DNA of 64,000 bases from Candidatus Latescibacterota bacterium (GCA_965237525.1 CBDEFO010000007.1:672001-736000); one strand, 5' to 3'; shown: positions 22,580 to 32,919, counted from the stretch's first letter. Numbers and translations: made by a program. Notes: generated from the sequence alone by a model not told the origin.

Positions 22580-23521
22580 GTGAGAGCAATGCAGGAACCC
22601 GGATATATACGCATATATGAGTCCGGCCAGTTTGAAGATAGAGTCGAAAAGGCACTGTCTCTCCTTGAGGATTGCCGCGTGTGTCCTCGGGATTGCAGTG
22701 TGAACCGACTCAAGGATGAATGGGCGGTGTGTCACACCGGACGCTGGTCGGCCGTGGGGAGCTGTTTTCCTCACTTCGGCGAGGAAGATTGCCTGAGAGG
22801 ATGGAACGGATCGGGAACTATCTTCTTTTCACACTGCAACTTAAAGTGTATCTTCTGTCAAAATTTCGACATAAGTCAGGAGGGCAAAGGGAGAAAGGTA
22901 AATCCGGATGAACTTGCGGGGATGATGATAGAGCTTCAGGAAAGGGGTTGTCACAACATCAACTTTGTGACTCCTGAGCACGTGGTGTCCCAGATGATGG
23001 AGGCGCTTCCCATCGCAATCGAGCGCGGCCTTCATCTCCCTTTAATCTATAATACGAGCGGGTACGATTCGTTGGACAGTCTGGAACTCCTGGACGGGAT
23101 AATAGACATCTATATGCCCGACTTTAAGTTCTGGGATTCTGAGACCTCCCGAAGGCTCGTCAAAGCTAAGGGCTACCCCGAGGCTGTAAAGGCCGCTGTC
23201 GTGGAGATGCATCGGCAGGTGGGTGATTTAACTTTTGATGAAATGGGCTTGGCAAGGCGAGGCCTTTTAGTTCGCCACTTGGTTATGCCCGGGGGATTGG
23301 CTGGAACTCGGGATGTGATGAGGTTCATAGCTCGCCCGATTTCCCCTGATACATATCTGAATATAATGCCTCAGTACAGGCCCGCGGGGAAAGCCCATCT
23401 TTATTCCGAGATAGACAGGTCTATAACCGCTGCAGAATTCGAGGAGGCTATAAGAATAGCCGAGGAGGAGGGGCTGCATCGTTTCGACGAGCGGCGGAAG
23501 AGTTTTCTGAGACTGGGGTAA
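22580..23521 (+). CDS. Radical SAM protein (PflX-like)
   Basis: Motifs CRVCPRDC, HFGEE, CNLKCIFCQN (CxxxCxxC) and LLVRHLVMPG. Confidence 0.88.
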   Translation: MRAMQEPGYIRIYESGQFEDRVEKALSLLEDCRVCPRDCSVNRLKDEWAVCHTGRWSAVGSCFPHFGEEDCLRGWNGSGTIFFSHCNLKCIFCQNFDISQEGKGRKVNPDELAGMMIELQERGCHNINFVTPEHVVSQMMEALPIAIERGLHLPLIYNTSGYDSLDSLELLDGIIDIYMPDFKFWDSETSRRLVKAKGYPEAVKAAVVEMHRQVGDLTFDEMGLARRGLLVRHLVMPGGLAGTRDVMRFIARPISPDTYLNIMPQYRPAGKAHLYSEIDRSITAAEFEEAIRIAEEEGLHRFDERRKSFLRLG

Positions 23522-23652
23522 TTCTTTATTAATCTATCGTGTATCTATAAGCAGGGGAGTAAATTACAACTAAATTATAACAGATTGGTTTAAGTGTCTT
23601 TTTGATCTTGTTCAGGTTGTCTTAGGCAAAATCGTTTCGAGAAGATAAAAAG

Positions 23653-24468
23653 ATGGATGATCAGGTATTCAAAGTGCTTGTCCCGTTGATTTATGGGATG
23701 AGTTCTATTCTCTACGTAGTAAATTTTGCCGAGAAGAACAAGGGTGTGGGAAGGTTCGCGACCGGACTTTTGTACGTGGGATGGGCAGTTCATATCACCT
23801 TCTTGGCCATAAGGGCAACAGCTTCTGGCCACATTCCGTTTGCAAGCTTAGGCGAAGCTCTGTCAATTTGCGCCTGGATGGTCTGCTCAGTGTATATGTA
23901 TCTGGAATTCAGCAGCAAGGACAGATCGTTGGGGGCTTTCCTCATCCCTGTGGCGACGCTTATGCAGACTGCGGGTTCAGTGATGATAAAGGGAGTAGCT
24001 CCTCTGCCAGAGAATTTGAGCAGTGGATGGTTTGAAACGCATGTAGCTGCCTCTCTTGTAGCGTATACGGCGTTTGCAATTTCGTGTATGAGTTCCATTA
24101 TGTACATATTTCTGTTCGACGAGATTCACGCCAAGCATCTGGGTTTCTTCTACAAGAGATTGCCCCCTTTGGCCACTTTAGATCATATAAATTACAGAGC
24201 GGCGATGACGGGCTTCTGGTTTATGACTTTAGGCATTATGTCAGGGTCGCTGTGGGCATCCAGCGCCTGGGAGGGCTTCTGGCAGTGGGACATCAAGCTT
24301 ATAAGCTCGTTTGCAATATGGATCCTGTACGGGGTCCATCTGTTCGGGAGGATGACCGCAGGATGGCAGGGCAAAAGGGCTGCTCATCTTTCTATTGCAG
24401 GCTTTGTCCTTGTCCTGTTTACATTTTCGGTGACGAGTATATTACCTGTGGGAAAACATGTTTTCTAA
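23653..24468 (+). CDS. ccsA: Cytochrome c assembly / HemX-like membrane protein (CcsA family)
   Basis: Tryptophan-rich motif GSLWASSAWEGFWQWDIK, GWQGKRAA, multi-TM, and position upstream of hemA. Confidence 0.82.
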   Translation: MDDQVFKVLVPLIYGMSSILYVVNFAEKNKGVGRFATGLLYVGWAVHITFLAIRATASGHIPFASLGEALSICAWMVCSVYMYLEFSSKDRSLGAFLIPVATLMQTAGSVMIKGVAPLPENLSSGWFETHVAASLVAYTAFAISCMSSIMYIFLFDEIHAKHLGFFYKRLPPLATLDHINYRAAMTGFWFMTLGIMSGSLWASSAWEGFWQWDIKLISSFAIWILYGVHLFGRMTAGWQGKRAAHLSIAGFVLVLFTFSVTSILPVGKHVF

Positions 24469-24516
24469 GCAAGTAGATAATAGTCAGTAGACAGGAGAAT
24501 CGCCTTGCTCTGCACC

Positions 24517-24625
24517 GGATTGCTTCGCTTCCCCGATCCCCGATAGACTCAATCGGGGACTTGCAATGACATTGTCTGTCTTTAGCCCTTTGTCATTGCA
24601 AAGGGCACATTCCCGAAGGAATCTC
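24517..24625. repeat. REP-like inverted pair (GATTGCTTCG...GCAATGAC / GTCATTGC...GAAGGAATCTC) with a nested 21-bp hairpin at 24538-24558
   Basis: The same motifs recur at about 4317-4457, 26878-26952, 42627-42770, 43547-43675, 46064-46262, 51443-51580, 55850-55972 and 56111-56155. Confidence 0.8.
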
Positions 24626-24676
24626 ACTATCTAACGTATTCTGTTTAGTTATTTGCATAAACTGGAGAAATTATTT

Positions 24677-25552
24677 GTGGAACGTAATATAAATTTAACT
24701 GTAAATGGCGAGATTTTCAATATAGATATTGATGATGAAAGGAGCCTCGTATCGGTCTTGAGGGACGATTTAGGCTTCAGAGAGGTTAAGCAGGAATGCG
24801 ACGACGGCTCGTGCCGTTCCTGCACTGTGATGATGGGCAAAGAGGTGGTGCGACCACTCCGTGCGGTAAAGTCATGCACTATCAAGGCTGTGGAGGCTGA
24901 TGGAACAAAGATCGAGACAGAAAAACTCTATTATCCTATGTTCGTGGATATTATGGGCAGAAGGTGTCTTGTGGTAGGAGGAGGAGAGGTGGCGTGCAGG
25001 AAGGTTGAGGCTATTGTGAAGTACGGAGCAAAAGTGCACGTAATCAGCCCTGAGTTTAACGAAGAGATGGAGAGGATGATAGAGGATAGAGTGGTGACTG
25101 CGGAAAAGAGAGAGTTTAAAAGGGGCGATCTTGATGGGTTCTTTCTGGTGATAGGGGCAACGGATGACAACAGTGTGAACAGAGAGATCTACGCCGAGGC
25201 TGAGGAGAGAGGGATTTTGTGCAATATTGTGGATGTGCCTCCTCTATGCGGCTTTATAGTGCCCTCAATTGCAAAGAGAGGAGCGCTCCAGATAGCTATC
25301 TCTACCGCAGGCAAGAGCCCTGCATTTTCGAGGACCCTGAGGCAGAAGTTTGAAGAGGAGTTTGGGGATGAGTACGCCCAGTTTTTAGAGGTTATGGGTG
25401 GATTGAGAGAGGTTCTGAAGGATAAGTACCCTGAAGATGAGAACAAACGCAAAGAGATCTTTGAACGTCTTGTAAGGTCTGATCTTTTGGATTCCATAAG
25501 GATCAAGGATGAGGAAAGGATTCAGGAGATATTGTCGGAATGCACATCTTAG
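24677..25552 (+). CDS. Precorrin-2 dehydrogenase/sirohydrochlorin ferrochelatase (SirC/CysG-N) with a fused N-terminal CoxS-like [2Fe-2S] domain
   Basis: The N-terminus VNGE...VLRDDLG...CDDGSCRSCTV...SC...EADG is followed in frame by YYPMFVDIMGRRCLVVGGGEVACRK, CNIVDVPPLCGFIVPS and ISTAGKSP. GGAG RBS before GTG 24677. Confidence 0.88.
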   Translation: MERNINLTVNGEIFNIDIDDERSLVSVLRDDLGFREVKQECDDGSCRSCTVMMGKEVVRPLRAVKSCTIKAVEADGTKIETEKLYYPMFVDIMGRRCLVVGGGEVACRKVEAIVKYGAKVHVISPEFNEEMERMIEDRVVTAEKREFKRGDLDGFFLVIGATDDNSVNREIYAEAEERGILCNIVDVPPLCGFIVPSIAKRGALQIAISTAGKSPAFSRTLRQKFEEEFGDEYAQFLEVMGGLREVLKDKYPEDENKRKEIFERLVRSDLLDSIRIKDEERIQEILSECTS

Positions 25553-26838
25553 CTGTAGGTTTGAGCCATCACACGGCTCCTGTGGAGATAAGGGATAAGG
25601 TGGCGTTTCTGCCACACGGCTTGGACGAATCTTTAGGGGCTTTGAAGTCTCAGGAAGATTTCAAGGAGTCCTTGATCTTATCTACGTGCAACAGGAGCGA
25701 GCTTTACGCTGTGTGTGAAGATGCCGGGTCGGGTCGGGAGCGTCTCTTTTCGTTCTTTTCGGACTTTCACAATGTGGATCTGGAGGAGTTAAAGCCGTAT
25801 CTGTTCTGCCTTGTAGATGGTGAAGCGATAAGGCACACGTTTTCGGTGGCGTGCGGATTGCAGTCTATGGTTATGGGCGAACCGCAGATCGCAGGCCAGG
25901 TGAAGGAAGCGCATCAAAGGGCGATGGAGCGAAAGACTACAGAAGTGCTGCTGAATCGCCTCTTTATGGCTGCAGCTGAGGTGTCGAAGAGGGCAAGGAC
26001 TGAAACCAGGATAAGTGAGGGACCGGTGTCTGTCAGCTTTGCGGCTGTCGAGCTTGCAAAGAAGGTATTCGACCGCCTGGAAGGTAGAACAGCTCTCTTG
26101 ATAGGGGCAGGTGAGATGGCAGAGCTTACGGCTATTCATCTTTCCTCAAACGGGATAAGTTCGATTATTATAGCCAGCAGGACCCTGGAGCGGGCATCTC
26201 AATTAGCGCGGAGAATCGGAGGGAAGCCCGTAGCTTTTCAGGAGCGCATAAACTATCTGGATAAGGCTGATATAGTGGTGAGTTCGACGAGCGCGCCTTA
26301 CTACGTGCTGGGAGCAGATGACGTAGCTCGTGTGATGAGGAGGAGAAATAACAATCCGATATTTTTCATTGACATAGCTGTGCCGAGGGATATTGACCCG
26401 GAAATTGGGAATCTGTATAATGTGTTCTTGTACAATATAGACGATATAGAATCTGTTGTGTCTGATAATTTGATGAAGCGGCAGGAGGAGGCACAGAAGG
26501 CAAGGGTTATCATAGATGAGGAACTTGAAAAATTCCTCTCGTGGTGGGGTTCTTTAGATGTCGTTCCTACTATTAAGTCTTTGAGGGAGAAGTTTCAAAA
26601 GGAGCTTGACATGGAATTGAATCGTCTAAAATCAAAGATGGACAATCTATCTGATGAGCAAAAGGACATTGTCCTTATGCTTATGAGAGGTTACATGAAT
26701 AAGCTTTTGCATTCTCCGACTACAAGGCTAAAAGAGGCAGTAAATTCCGACGACGGCTTGGAGTATGTAAGCTCAATAAGGTATCTTTTCGATCTGGATT
26801 CGGAGCCCAAGCACAAAAAAGTAGACAGCAAGCAGTAG
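25540..26838 (+). CDS. hemA: Glutamyl-tRNA reductase
   Basis: Motifs GLSHHTAPVEIR, LSTCNRSE, GEPQIAGQVK, IGAGEMA and DIAVPRDID. Confidence 0.97.
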   Translation: MHILAVGLSHHTAPVEIRDKVAFLPHGLDESLGALKSQEDFKESLILSTCNRSELYAVCEDAGSGRERLFSFFSDFHNVDLEELKPYLFCLVDGEAIRHTFSVACGLQSMVMGEPQIAGQVKEAHQRAMERKTTEVLLNRLFMAAAEVSKRARTETRISEGPVSVSFAAVELAKKVFDRLEGRTALLIGAGEMAELTAIHLSSNGISSIIIASRTLERASQLARRIGGKPVAFQERINYLDKADIVVSSTSAPYYVLGADDVARVMRRRNNNPIFFIDIAVPRDIDPEIGNLYNVFLYNIDDIESVVSDNLMKRQEEAQKARVIIDEELEKFLSWWGSLDVVPTIKSLREKFQKELDMELNRLKSKMDNLSDEQKDIVLMLMRGYMNKLLHSPTTRLKEAVNSDDGLEYVSSIRYLFDLDSEPKHKKVDSKQ

Positions 26839-27053
26839 ACAGCATTGAGCGGAAAGGTGTTCCTGCCTGCTGTCTACGAGATTGCTTCGCTAGCAATGAC
26901 AAGTTATTCGCTATTGATGCTTTATGTCACTTCTCGCCGCAAAGCAATCTCAATAGTGAGAACTGAATGACCCCGAGAGGTGGTCTAACTAATGCCTGCT
27001 AATCTTAATATGTAATTTGGGCGTGCAAGTCTTACACACAAGGAAAGAAGTGA

Positions 27054-28028
27054 ATGCGAATACATAGAAGAAGACAGATTATTATAGGAACAAGGGGCAG
27101 CAGGTTAGCTCTGTGGCAGTCGGGGTTTGTCAGGGATCTTCTCAAGGATAAGTTCCGAAAGCTTGACGTGGAACTGAAGGTGATAAAGACAAAAGGCGAT
27201 AAAATTCTGGACGCTCCACTGTCGAAGATAGGTAGGAAGGGCGTGTTTACAAGAGAGATCGAAAATGAGCTTCTAAGCGGAGATATAGATATAGCTGTGC
27301 ACAGCATGAAGGATCTTCCGACGGAGCTGCCTGAAGGCCTGAGCGTAGGAGCTATACCTAAGAGGGATGACGTAAGGGATGTCCTAGTATCCAGAGATAG
27401 AGTGGGTCTCCGCCAGCTTGCTGGCGGTTCAAAAATAGGGACGAGCAGTCTCAGGAGGCGGGCTCAGCTTGCAAATTTGAGAAACGATCTCGACTTTGCG
27501 GACATAAGGGGGAATATAGATACGCGTTTGAAGAAATTAGATTACGGGGACTACGACGCACTCATCCTGGCTTCTGCGGGCCTGGAGAGGATGGGCTGGA
27601 AAGATAAGATAACGGAGTATATATCTCCGCAGATATGCCTTCCGGCTCCGGGCCAGGGGGCATTAGGCGTGGAGATCCGCCAGGATGACAGGCGGGTTTT
27701 GGAGTTCGTATCTGTCCTTGGAGATGAGGACACAAGACTCGTGGTCGAGGCCGAAAGGGAATTTCTGCGGGGACTGGGAGGAGGATGTCAAGTACCAATC
27801 GGCGCCTGGGGGAGAATAGAGGATGACAGCCTCTGCCTTGAGGGTGTGGTCGCGCTTTTGGACGGCAGTAAACTGCTCAGGGAGAAGGTAGTTGAGGGCA
27901 AATCGGACGCCGGTGGGACAGGCAAAAAGTTAGCGGATATACTCATAGAAAAAGGCGCTGATAGAATACTGGAAAGTGTGCTGACAGAGGCGGAGCGTCC
28001 TCCTCAGAACGCTTCAGAGACTGTCTAA
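27054..28028 (+). CDS. hemC: Hydroxymethylbilane synthase
   Basis: Motifs IGTRGSRLALWQ, AVHSMKDLP, GTSSLRR and GGCQVPIG. Confidence 0.98.
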   Translation: MRIHRRRQIIIGTRGSRLALWQSGFVRDLLKDKFRKLDVELKVIKTKGDKILDAPLSKIGRKGVFTREIENELLSGDIDIAVHSMKDLPTELPEGLSVGAIPKRDDVRDVLVSRDRVGLRQLAGGSKIGTSSLRRRAQLANLRNDLDFADIRGNIDTRLKKLDYGDYDALILASAGLERMGWKDKITEYISPQICLPAPGQGALGVEIRQDDRRVLEFVSVLGDEDTRLVVEAEREFLRGLGGGCQVPIGAWGRIEDDSLCLEGVVALLDGSKLLREKVVEGKSDAGGTGKKLADILIEKGADRILESVLTEAERPPQNASETV

Positions 28029-28086
28029 AGGCTGATCACGGAATCGTCAGGCAAGGAGCAGTAATCATTAATCAGGAGTTACACAC

Positions 28087-28923
28087 GTGAAACTGAGCTC
28101 AGTAACTTTTACATGGCCTCTCCTGCCCATGGACGGGGCGGCTGCGATCTTGAGTCTCTTGGGCTTTGAATACGTGGACATCTCCGGCTACACAGATGCC
28201 CCGTTTGAGACGATTACGCCGTGGCAGATCTCCGACGATCCGGACGGCGCGAAGGCAAAGGTGAATGCCATGCAAATGGAGCATGGACTTCAGCCGGCAG
28301 ACTACTTTTTCAGTTTCGGTGAGGGCTTTAGGGGGTCTCCGGTGAATCACCCGGACCCTCACGTGCGAAAGAGGAACCGGGAGACGTTTGAGAATGTCGT
28401 CTCTTTTTGCAAGGATCTCGGCTTTTCTCACATCACTCTCCTGCCGGGAGCTATCTGGAATGACCTGGGACCTGAACGATCGCTCGAACTTTCGGCTGAG
28501 GGACTAAGCGAAATTGTGGCTATCGGAGGTGAAGCAGGCATCCCGGTCGGAATCGAGCCACACTGGGAGTCCGTAGTTGAGACCATCGAAAGGACACAGC
28601 GTCTCTTACAGATGGTGAACGGCCTGACGCTGACTTTAGATTACACCCATTTTATCGCTCAGGGCGTCGAGCAGTCCGAAGTGGATGTCCTTGCTCCTCA
28701 CGCCTCTCACTTTCACGCACGGCAGGGCGCGCCCGGACATGTCCAGATGGGAATGGACGACGGGACGCTGGACTATGAGCAGATTATGCAGGTCTTAAAA
28801 GGAGCGGGCTACGACGGCTTTCTGACGCTGGAGCACACCTACCAGGAGTGGAAGAGCTGCTATAAGACGGAGAACATCTCTGAGACAATGCGTCTGGCTG
28901 ATCAGTTGAGGGAATTGATCTAA
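28087..28923 (+). CDS. Sugar phosphate isomerase/epimerase (xylose isomerase-like TIM barrel)
   Basis: Metal-site motifs GIEPH, LDYTH, HFHAR and YDGFLTLEH. Confidence 0.82.
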   Translation: MKLSSVTFTWPLLPMDGAAAILSLLGFEYVDISGYTDAPFETITPWQISDDPDGAKAKVNAMQMEHGLQPADYFFSFGEGFRGSPVNHPDPHVRKRNRETFENVVSFCKDLGFSHITLLPGAIWNDLGPERSLELSAEGLSEIVAIGGEAGIPVGIEPHWESVVETIERTQRLLQMVNGLTLTLDYTHFIAQGVEQSEVDVLAPHASHFHARQGAPGHVQMGMDDGTLDYEQIMQVLKGAGYDGFLTLEHTYQEWKSCYKTENISETMRLADQLRELI

Positions 28924-28927
28924 AGCT

Positions 28928-30472
28928 ATGAGCAGGGCAAAGGTCTATCTAGTCGGCGGTGGTCCGGGTGACCCGGGTCTGATCACACTGAAGGGATTGG
29001 ACTGCATTAAGAAGGCCGACGTTTTAGTATACGATTATTTAGTTGACGGGAGGCTCGTGGATGAGGCTGGAGAAGATTGTGAGAGGGTGTACGTGGGTAA
29101 GAAGGCGGGAGAGCATACTCTAAGGCAGGAGGAGATAAACGATCTCCTTGTGGAAAGGGCGAAAAAAGGCAAAGTGGTGGTCAGGTTGAAGGGAGGTGAT
29201 CCCTTTGTGTTCGGTCGAGGTGGAGAGGAGGCTTTAGCTCTGTCTGAGGCGGGCGTTGAGTTTGAAGTAGTCCCCGGCGTGACTGCGGCTGTCGCCGCTC
29301 CCGCTTATGCGGGGATTCCCCTGACGCACAGGGGACTGACTTCGACGCTGGCTCTGATTACGGGACATGAAGATCCCACAAAGGAAGGGTCGGATATAGA
29401 TTGGAGCAGTATTTCTACGGGGATTGGAACTCTGGTCTTTTTTATGGGTGTGGGGAATCTTCCCGGCATAGTCAAGAAATTGGTGGAGAACGGCAGATCT
29501 CAAGATACACCTGTGGCTCTGATCAGGTGGGGGACCAAGCCCTGTCAGATGACGGTTGTGGGATCTTTGAGGAATATTGTAGAGAAGGTCGAGTCGCACG
29601 ATCTGAAGCCCCCTGCGGTTATTGTCGTAGGGGACGTTGTGAAGCTGAGAGAAAATCTGAACTGGTTTGAAAACAAGCCTCTGTTCGGAATGAGGATACT
29701 GGTCACACGTTCGAGGGATCAGGCAAGCGAACTCTCCAGAAGACTCGAGGATTTCGGGGCTCTCGCCATGGAGTTTCCCACGATAAGTATAAAAGAGCCT
29801 CATGATTGGAGGCCGCTGGATAACGCTATAAGGAAGATCGTTTCTTTCGACTGGATCGTCTTTACCAGCGCAAATGGCGCCGACAAGTTCTTCCTTCGTT
29901 TCTTTCAGTTGGGAGGAGATATTCGAAAGTTGGGGGGGATCAAGATATGCGCTATAGGCCCGGCGTCAGCAGAGAGAATAGAGAGATGCTATATAAAGGT
30001 CGACCTTCTGCCCGAGTCTAATACCTCTGAGTCTGTAGTCTCGGCTTTTGGGAAAATAGGGAATATCTCCGGGCTGAAGTTTCTGCTGCCGAGGGCAGAT
30101 ATAGCGGGGGATCTCCTCCCTGATGGTCTGAGAAAAATGGGAGCAGATGTGATGGACATTGTAGCTTACAGGAATGTAAAACCGGATAGGGGAGATGATA
30201 GGGTTTTAGAAATGTTGGAAGATGGAAAAGTGGACATGATGACGTTCGCAAGTTCGTCCACTGTGAGGAATTTTGCAGATATTATTGGTAAAGAACGGTT
30301 TAAGCATGTTATGAATAATGTGAAAGTGGCGTCTATTGGCCCCGTGACATCCAGAACTATACTGGGATGGGGAGGAAAGATCGATATCGAGGCGGATGAA
30401 AATAATATCACTATACCAGGCTTAGTTGACGCTATAGTCTCTTATTATTCACGATTACAAGCAGACACGTGA
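28928..30472 (+). CDS. cobA: Fused uroporphyrinogen-III C-methyltransferase / uroporphyrinogen-III synthase (CobA-HemD)
   Basis: VYLVGGGPGDPGLIT and RLKGGDPFVFGRGGEE, followed by the HemD motifs ILVTRS, FTSANG, FASSSTV and SIGPVTS. Confidence 0.95.
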   Translation: MSRAKVYLVGGGPGDPGLITLKGLDCIKKADVLVYDYLVDGRLVDEAGEDCERVYVGKKAGEHTLRQEEINDLLVERAKKGKVVVRLKGGDPFVFGRGGEEALALSEAGVEFEVVPGVTAAVAAPAYAGIPLTHRGLTSTLALITGHEDPTKEGSDIDWSSISTGIGTLVFFMGVGNLPGIVKKLVENGRSQDTPVALIRWGTKPCQMTVVGSLRNIVEKVESHDLKPPAVIVVGDVVKLRENLNWFENKPLFGMRILVTRSRDQASELSRRLEDFGALAMEFPTISIKEPHDWRPLDNAIRKIVSFDWIVFTSANGADKFFLRFFQLGGDIRKLGGIKICAIGPASAERIERCYIKVDLLPESNTSESVVSAFGKIGNISGLKFLLPRADIAGDLLPDGLRKMGADVMDIVAYRNVKPDRGDDRVLEMLEDGKVDMMTFASSSTVRNFADIIGKERFKHVMNNVKVASIGPVTSRTILGWGGKIDIEADENNITIPGLVDAIVSYYSRLQADT

Positions 30473-30644
30473 CATTGCTTCATGGCTTCACTCCTTGCAA
30501 TGAGCAAAGGCCCTGAGTAAGCAGTCTGATTGTTAGGCGGCGTAGCAGCTGTTGCCGGGGGGCAACAAGCCACGACGTAAGCCAAGCAGTGTCGCGCACA
30601 GGGGACTTCATCCCCTACATGCTGTCTACTGGGAGGTAATATAG

Positions 30645-31877
30645 ATGCCGGAGCTTTTCAACGTGCTTGCGCCGGCTGCGGCGTATGAAAAATTTCAAAA
30701 AGAGTTGTCGCCTTTAGTACAGGCGGAGACGATAGCAACTGAGGACGCTTTAGATAGGGTGACTGCTCAGGAGATTCGTTCTCTCATAGATCTTCCCGAA
30801 TTCCCGCGCTCTACGATGGACGGGTACGCCCTCAGGGCTCAGGATACTTACGGGGCATCTGAGGGGCTGCCGGCCTATCTTAATGTGATAGCGGAGATTG
30901 AAATGGGAAATGCTCCTGACGTTAATATCGCGATAGGAGAGGCGGTGAAGATCCATACGGGCGGAATGATAGCTGACGGCGCGGACGCCGTTGTGATGGT
31001 GGAGAATACGCAAGAGGTTGACGACGCAACGATAGAGGTAATGCGCCCTGTAGCTATGGGAGAGAACGTGATCCAGATAGGGGAGGACGTCAAGAGGGAC
31101 GAAGTTCTGCTTTCCAAGGGGTATATATTAAGACCGCAGGATATCGGTGGCTTGATGGCTGTGGGGGTCACAAAAGTCGCTGTGGCAAAAAGACCGCGTG
31201 TGGCCATAATCTCCACAGGCGACGAAGTGGTACCGCCACAGGTCAAGCCCCAGATGGGGCAGATAAGGGATATAAACTCTTACACTGCTTCGACGCTGGT
31301 TACAAGGGCGGGAGGTATCCCCGTTTTGATAGGGATAGTGCGCGATAACTATAAGGCTTTGAAGGACGCACTCTCTAGAGCTCTCAATGAGGCAGATATG
31401 GCTGTGATCTCAGCGGGAAGTTCGGTCAGCGCCAGAGACATAACGGCTGACGTGATAAACGATGTGGGAGATCCAGGCGTGATAGTTCACGGCGTGTCTA
31501 TAAAGCCGGGTAAGCCGACAATATTAGCTCTGATCGGCGATAAGCCCGTGTTCGGACTTCCGGGAAACCCGGTGTCGGCTATGGTGATATTCGACCTTTT
31601 TATAACTCCTACTATCTATCGGTTAAGCGGTTGTGAAAATCCTCCGTCAAGACAGTTTATAAGAGGCAAGGTCACGAGAAACATCGCCTCTACCGCGGGC
31701 AGGGAGGACTATGTTCAGGTCAGGATAGAGGAAAAAGACGGAGAGATGTGGGTCGATCCTGTCTTCGGGAAGTCGAATCTTATTTACTCGCTGATCAAGG
31801 CCGATGGCACGGTGAAGGTGCCTTTAGAAAGCGGTGGATTATCTGAGGGCGTGATAGTGGATGTGAAGCTATTTTAG
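30645..31877 (+). CDS. moeA: Molybdopterin molybdenumtransferase
   Basis: Motifs STMDGYA, IHTGG, ISTGDE, KPGKP and GLPGNPVS. Confidence 0.95.
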   Translation: MPELFNVLAPAAAYEKFQKELSPLVQAETIATEDALDRVTAQEIRSLIDLPEFPRSTMDGYALRAQDTYGASEGLPAYLNVIAEIEMGNAPDVNIAIGEAVKIHTGGMIADGADAVVMVENTQEVDDATIEVMRPVAMGENVIQIGEDVKRDEVLLSKGYILRPQDIGGLMAVGVTKVAVAKRPRVAIISTGDEVVPPQVKPQMGQIRDINSYTASTLVTRAGGIPVLIGIVRDNYKALKDALSRALNEADMAVISAGSSVSARDITADVINDVGDPGVIVHGVSIKPGKPTILALIGDKPVFGLPGNPVSAMVIFDLFITPTIYRLSGCENPPSRQFIRGKVTRNIASTAGREDYVQVRIEEKDGEMWVDPVFGKSNLIYSLIKADGTVKVPLESGGLSEGVIVDVKLF

Positions 31878-31944
31878 ATTAGAGGATATTCTCAGACGTT
31901 CCAAGTAATGAGAAAGACACGAACCAAGGGAGGTTCGAAGGACT

Positions 31945-32919
31945 GTGGAAGATCATAACAACGCAGGATCTGCAGCATTTTCGGTGAACATATCGAGGAG
32001 GAAGTTTCTGAAGGGCAGCATCGCTACTGCAGCGGCTGTCTCTGTGGAAAGTTTCATCTCGGACAGAGCCGCAGCACAACTACCAATGGAGATCAACCAA
32101 GGAGGTTCTATGCCTATCATCGATGCTCACGTCCACGTCCTCAATAACTATGTGACTATGGCTCCTCTTGAGGATATTGGGCGGCATGACCGACTCCTGT
32201 GGCATATGGATAAATGCGGGGTAGAAAAAGCAGTTATGTTGCCGGTGTTGGCGGACTTCTCGCCGAAGAACAATGAGGAATGTGCACAGCTTGCCAGAGA
32301 ATACCCTGACCGTCTGGTCACCCTGACCTATGTCCATCTCGGAGAGCCAAACGCTGCGGAACAGATTGCGCGGGCGCGGGGGGAATTCGGGGCTGTGGGA
32401 ATCATCTGCTATCCGTCGCCCAGGGATATCAAATGTATGACAGATCCAGCTTGTGAGCCGGTCTGGGAGGCCTTCAGTGCCAATGATCTGGTCTGCAACT
32501 TGCAGATCGCGCCGCCAAATTACGCCATTTTACTGGATCTGGCGCGAACTCATACAGATATCCGATTTGTGTGCAATCATATGGGCCTACCGCACAGTTT
32601 GAAGCTGGACGATGATAGCTACGGGGGTCTAATGGAAGCGGCGTCATTGCCCAATCTATTTGTCAAGGCGTCGGCGTTCTACTCTCCAGCGACGAGGTCC
32701 TGGGATTTCCGGTGTCCGCGGTCGCTGGGCTTTTTTTCGAATCTTCTGAAAGGATTGGGAGCAGATCGATTGCTCTGGGGATCAGACTGGCCATCGGCAG
32801 GCAACCACGTTACCTACAGGCAGACCCTAGAGACTGTACGCACCTTTGCCGTAGACTTGGACGATGAAAGTCGTGCACTGGTTTTGGGCGGGAATGCCGC
32901 CAGGGTTTTCAAGATCTGA
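31945..32919 (+). CDS. Amidohydrolase_2 family protein, copy A, with a twin-arginine (Tat) leader
   Basis: SRRKFLK leader, IDAHVH, NHMGLP and LLWGSDWP. A second RBS and ATG lie at 32110. Confidence 0.85.
   Translation: MEDHNNAGSAAFSVNISRRKFLKGSIATAAAVSVESFISDRAAAQLPMEINQGGSMPIIDAHVHVLNNYVTMAPLEDIGRHDRLLWHMDKCGVEKAVMLPVLADFSPKNNEECAQLAREYPDRLVTLTYVHLGEPNAAEQIARARGEFGAVGIICYPSPRDIKCMTDPACEPVWEAFSANDLVCNLQIAPPNYAILLDLARTHTDIRFVCNHMGLPHSLKLDDDSYGGLMEAASLPNLFVKASAFYSPATRSWDFRCPRSLGFFSNLLKGLGADRLLWGSDWPSAGNHVTYRQTLETVRTFAVDLDDESRALVLGGNAARVFKI

Noticed and set aside
30480..30640. Moco/Wco riboswitch upstream of moeA
   Set aside because: Small hairpins are present, but I could not match the conserved Moco RNA motif. 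An Rfam scan would settle it.
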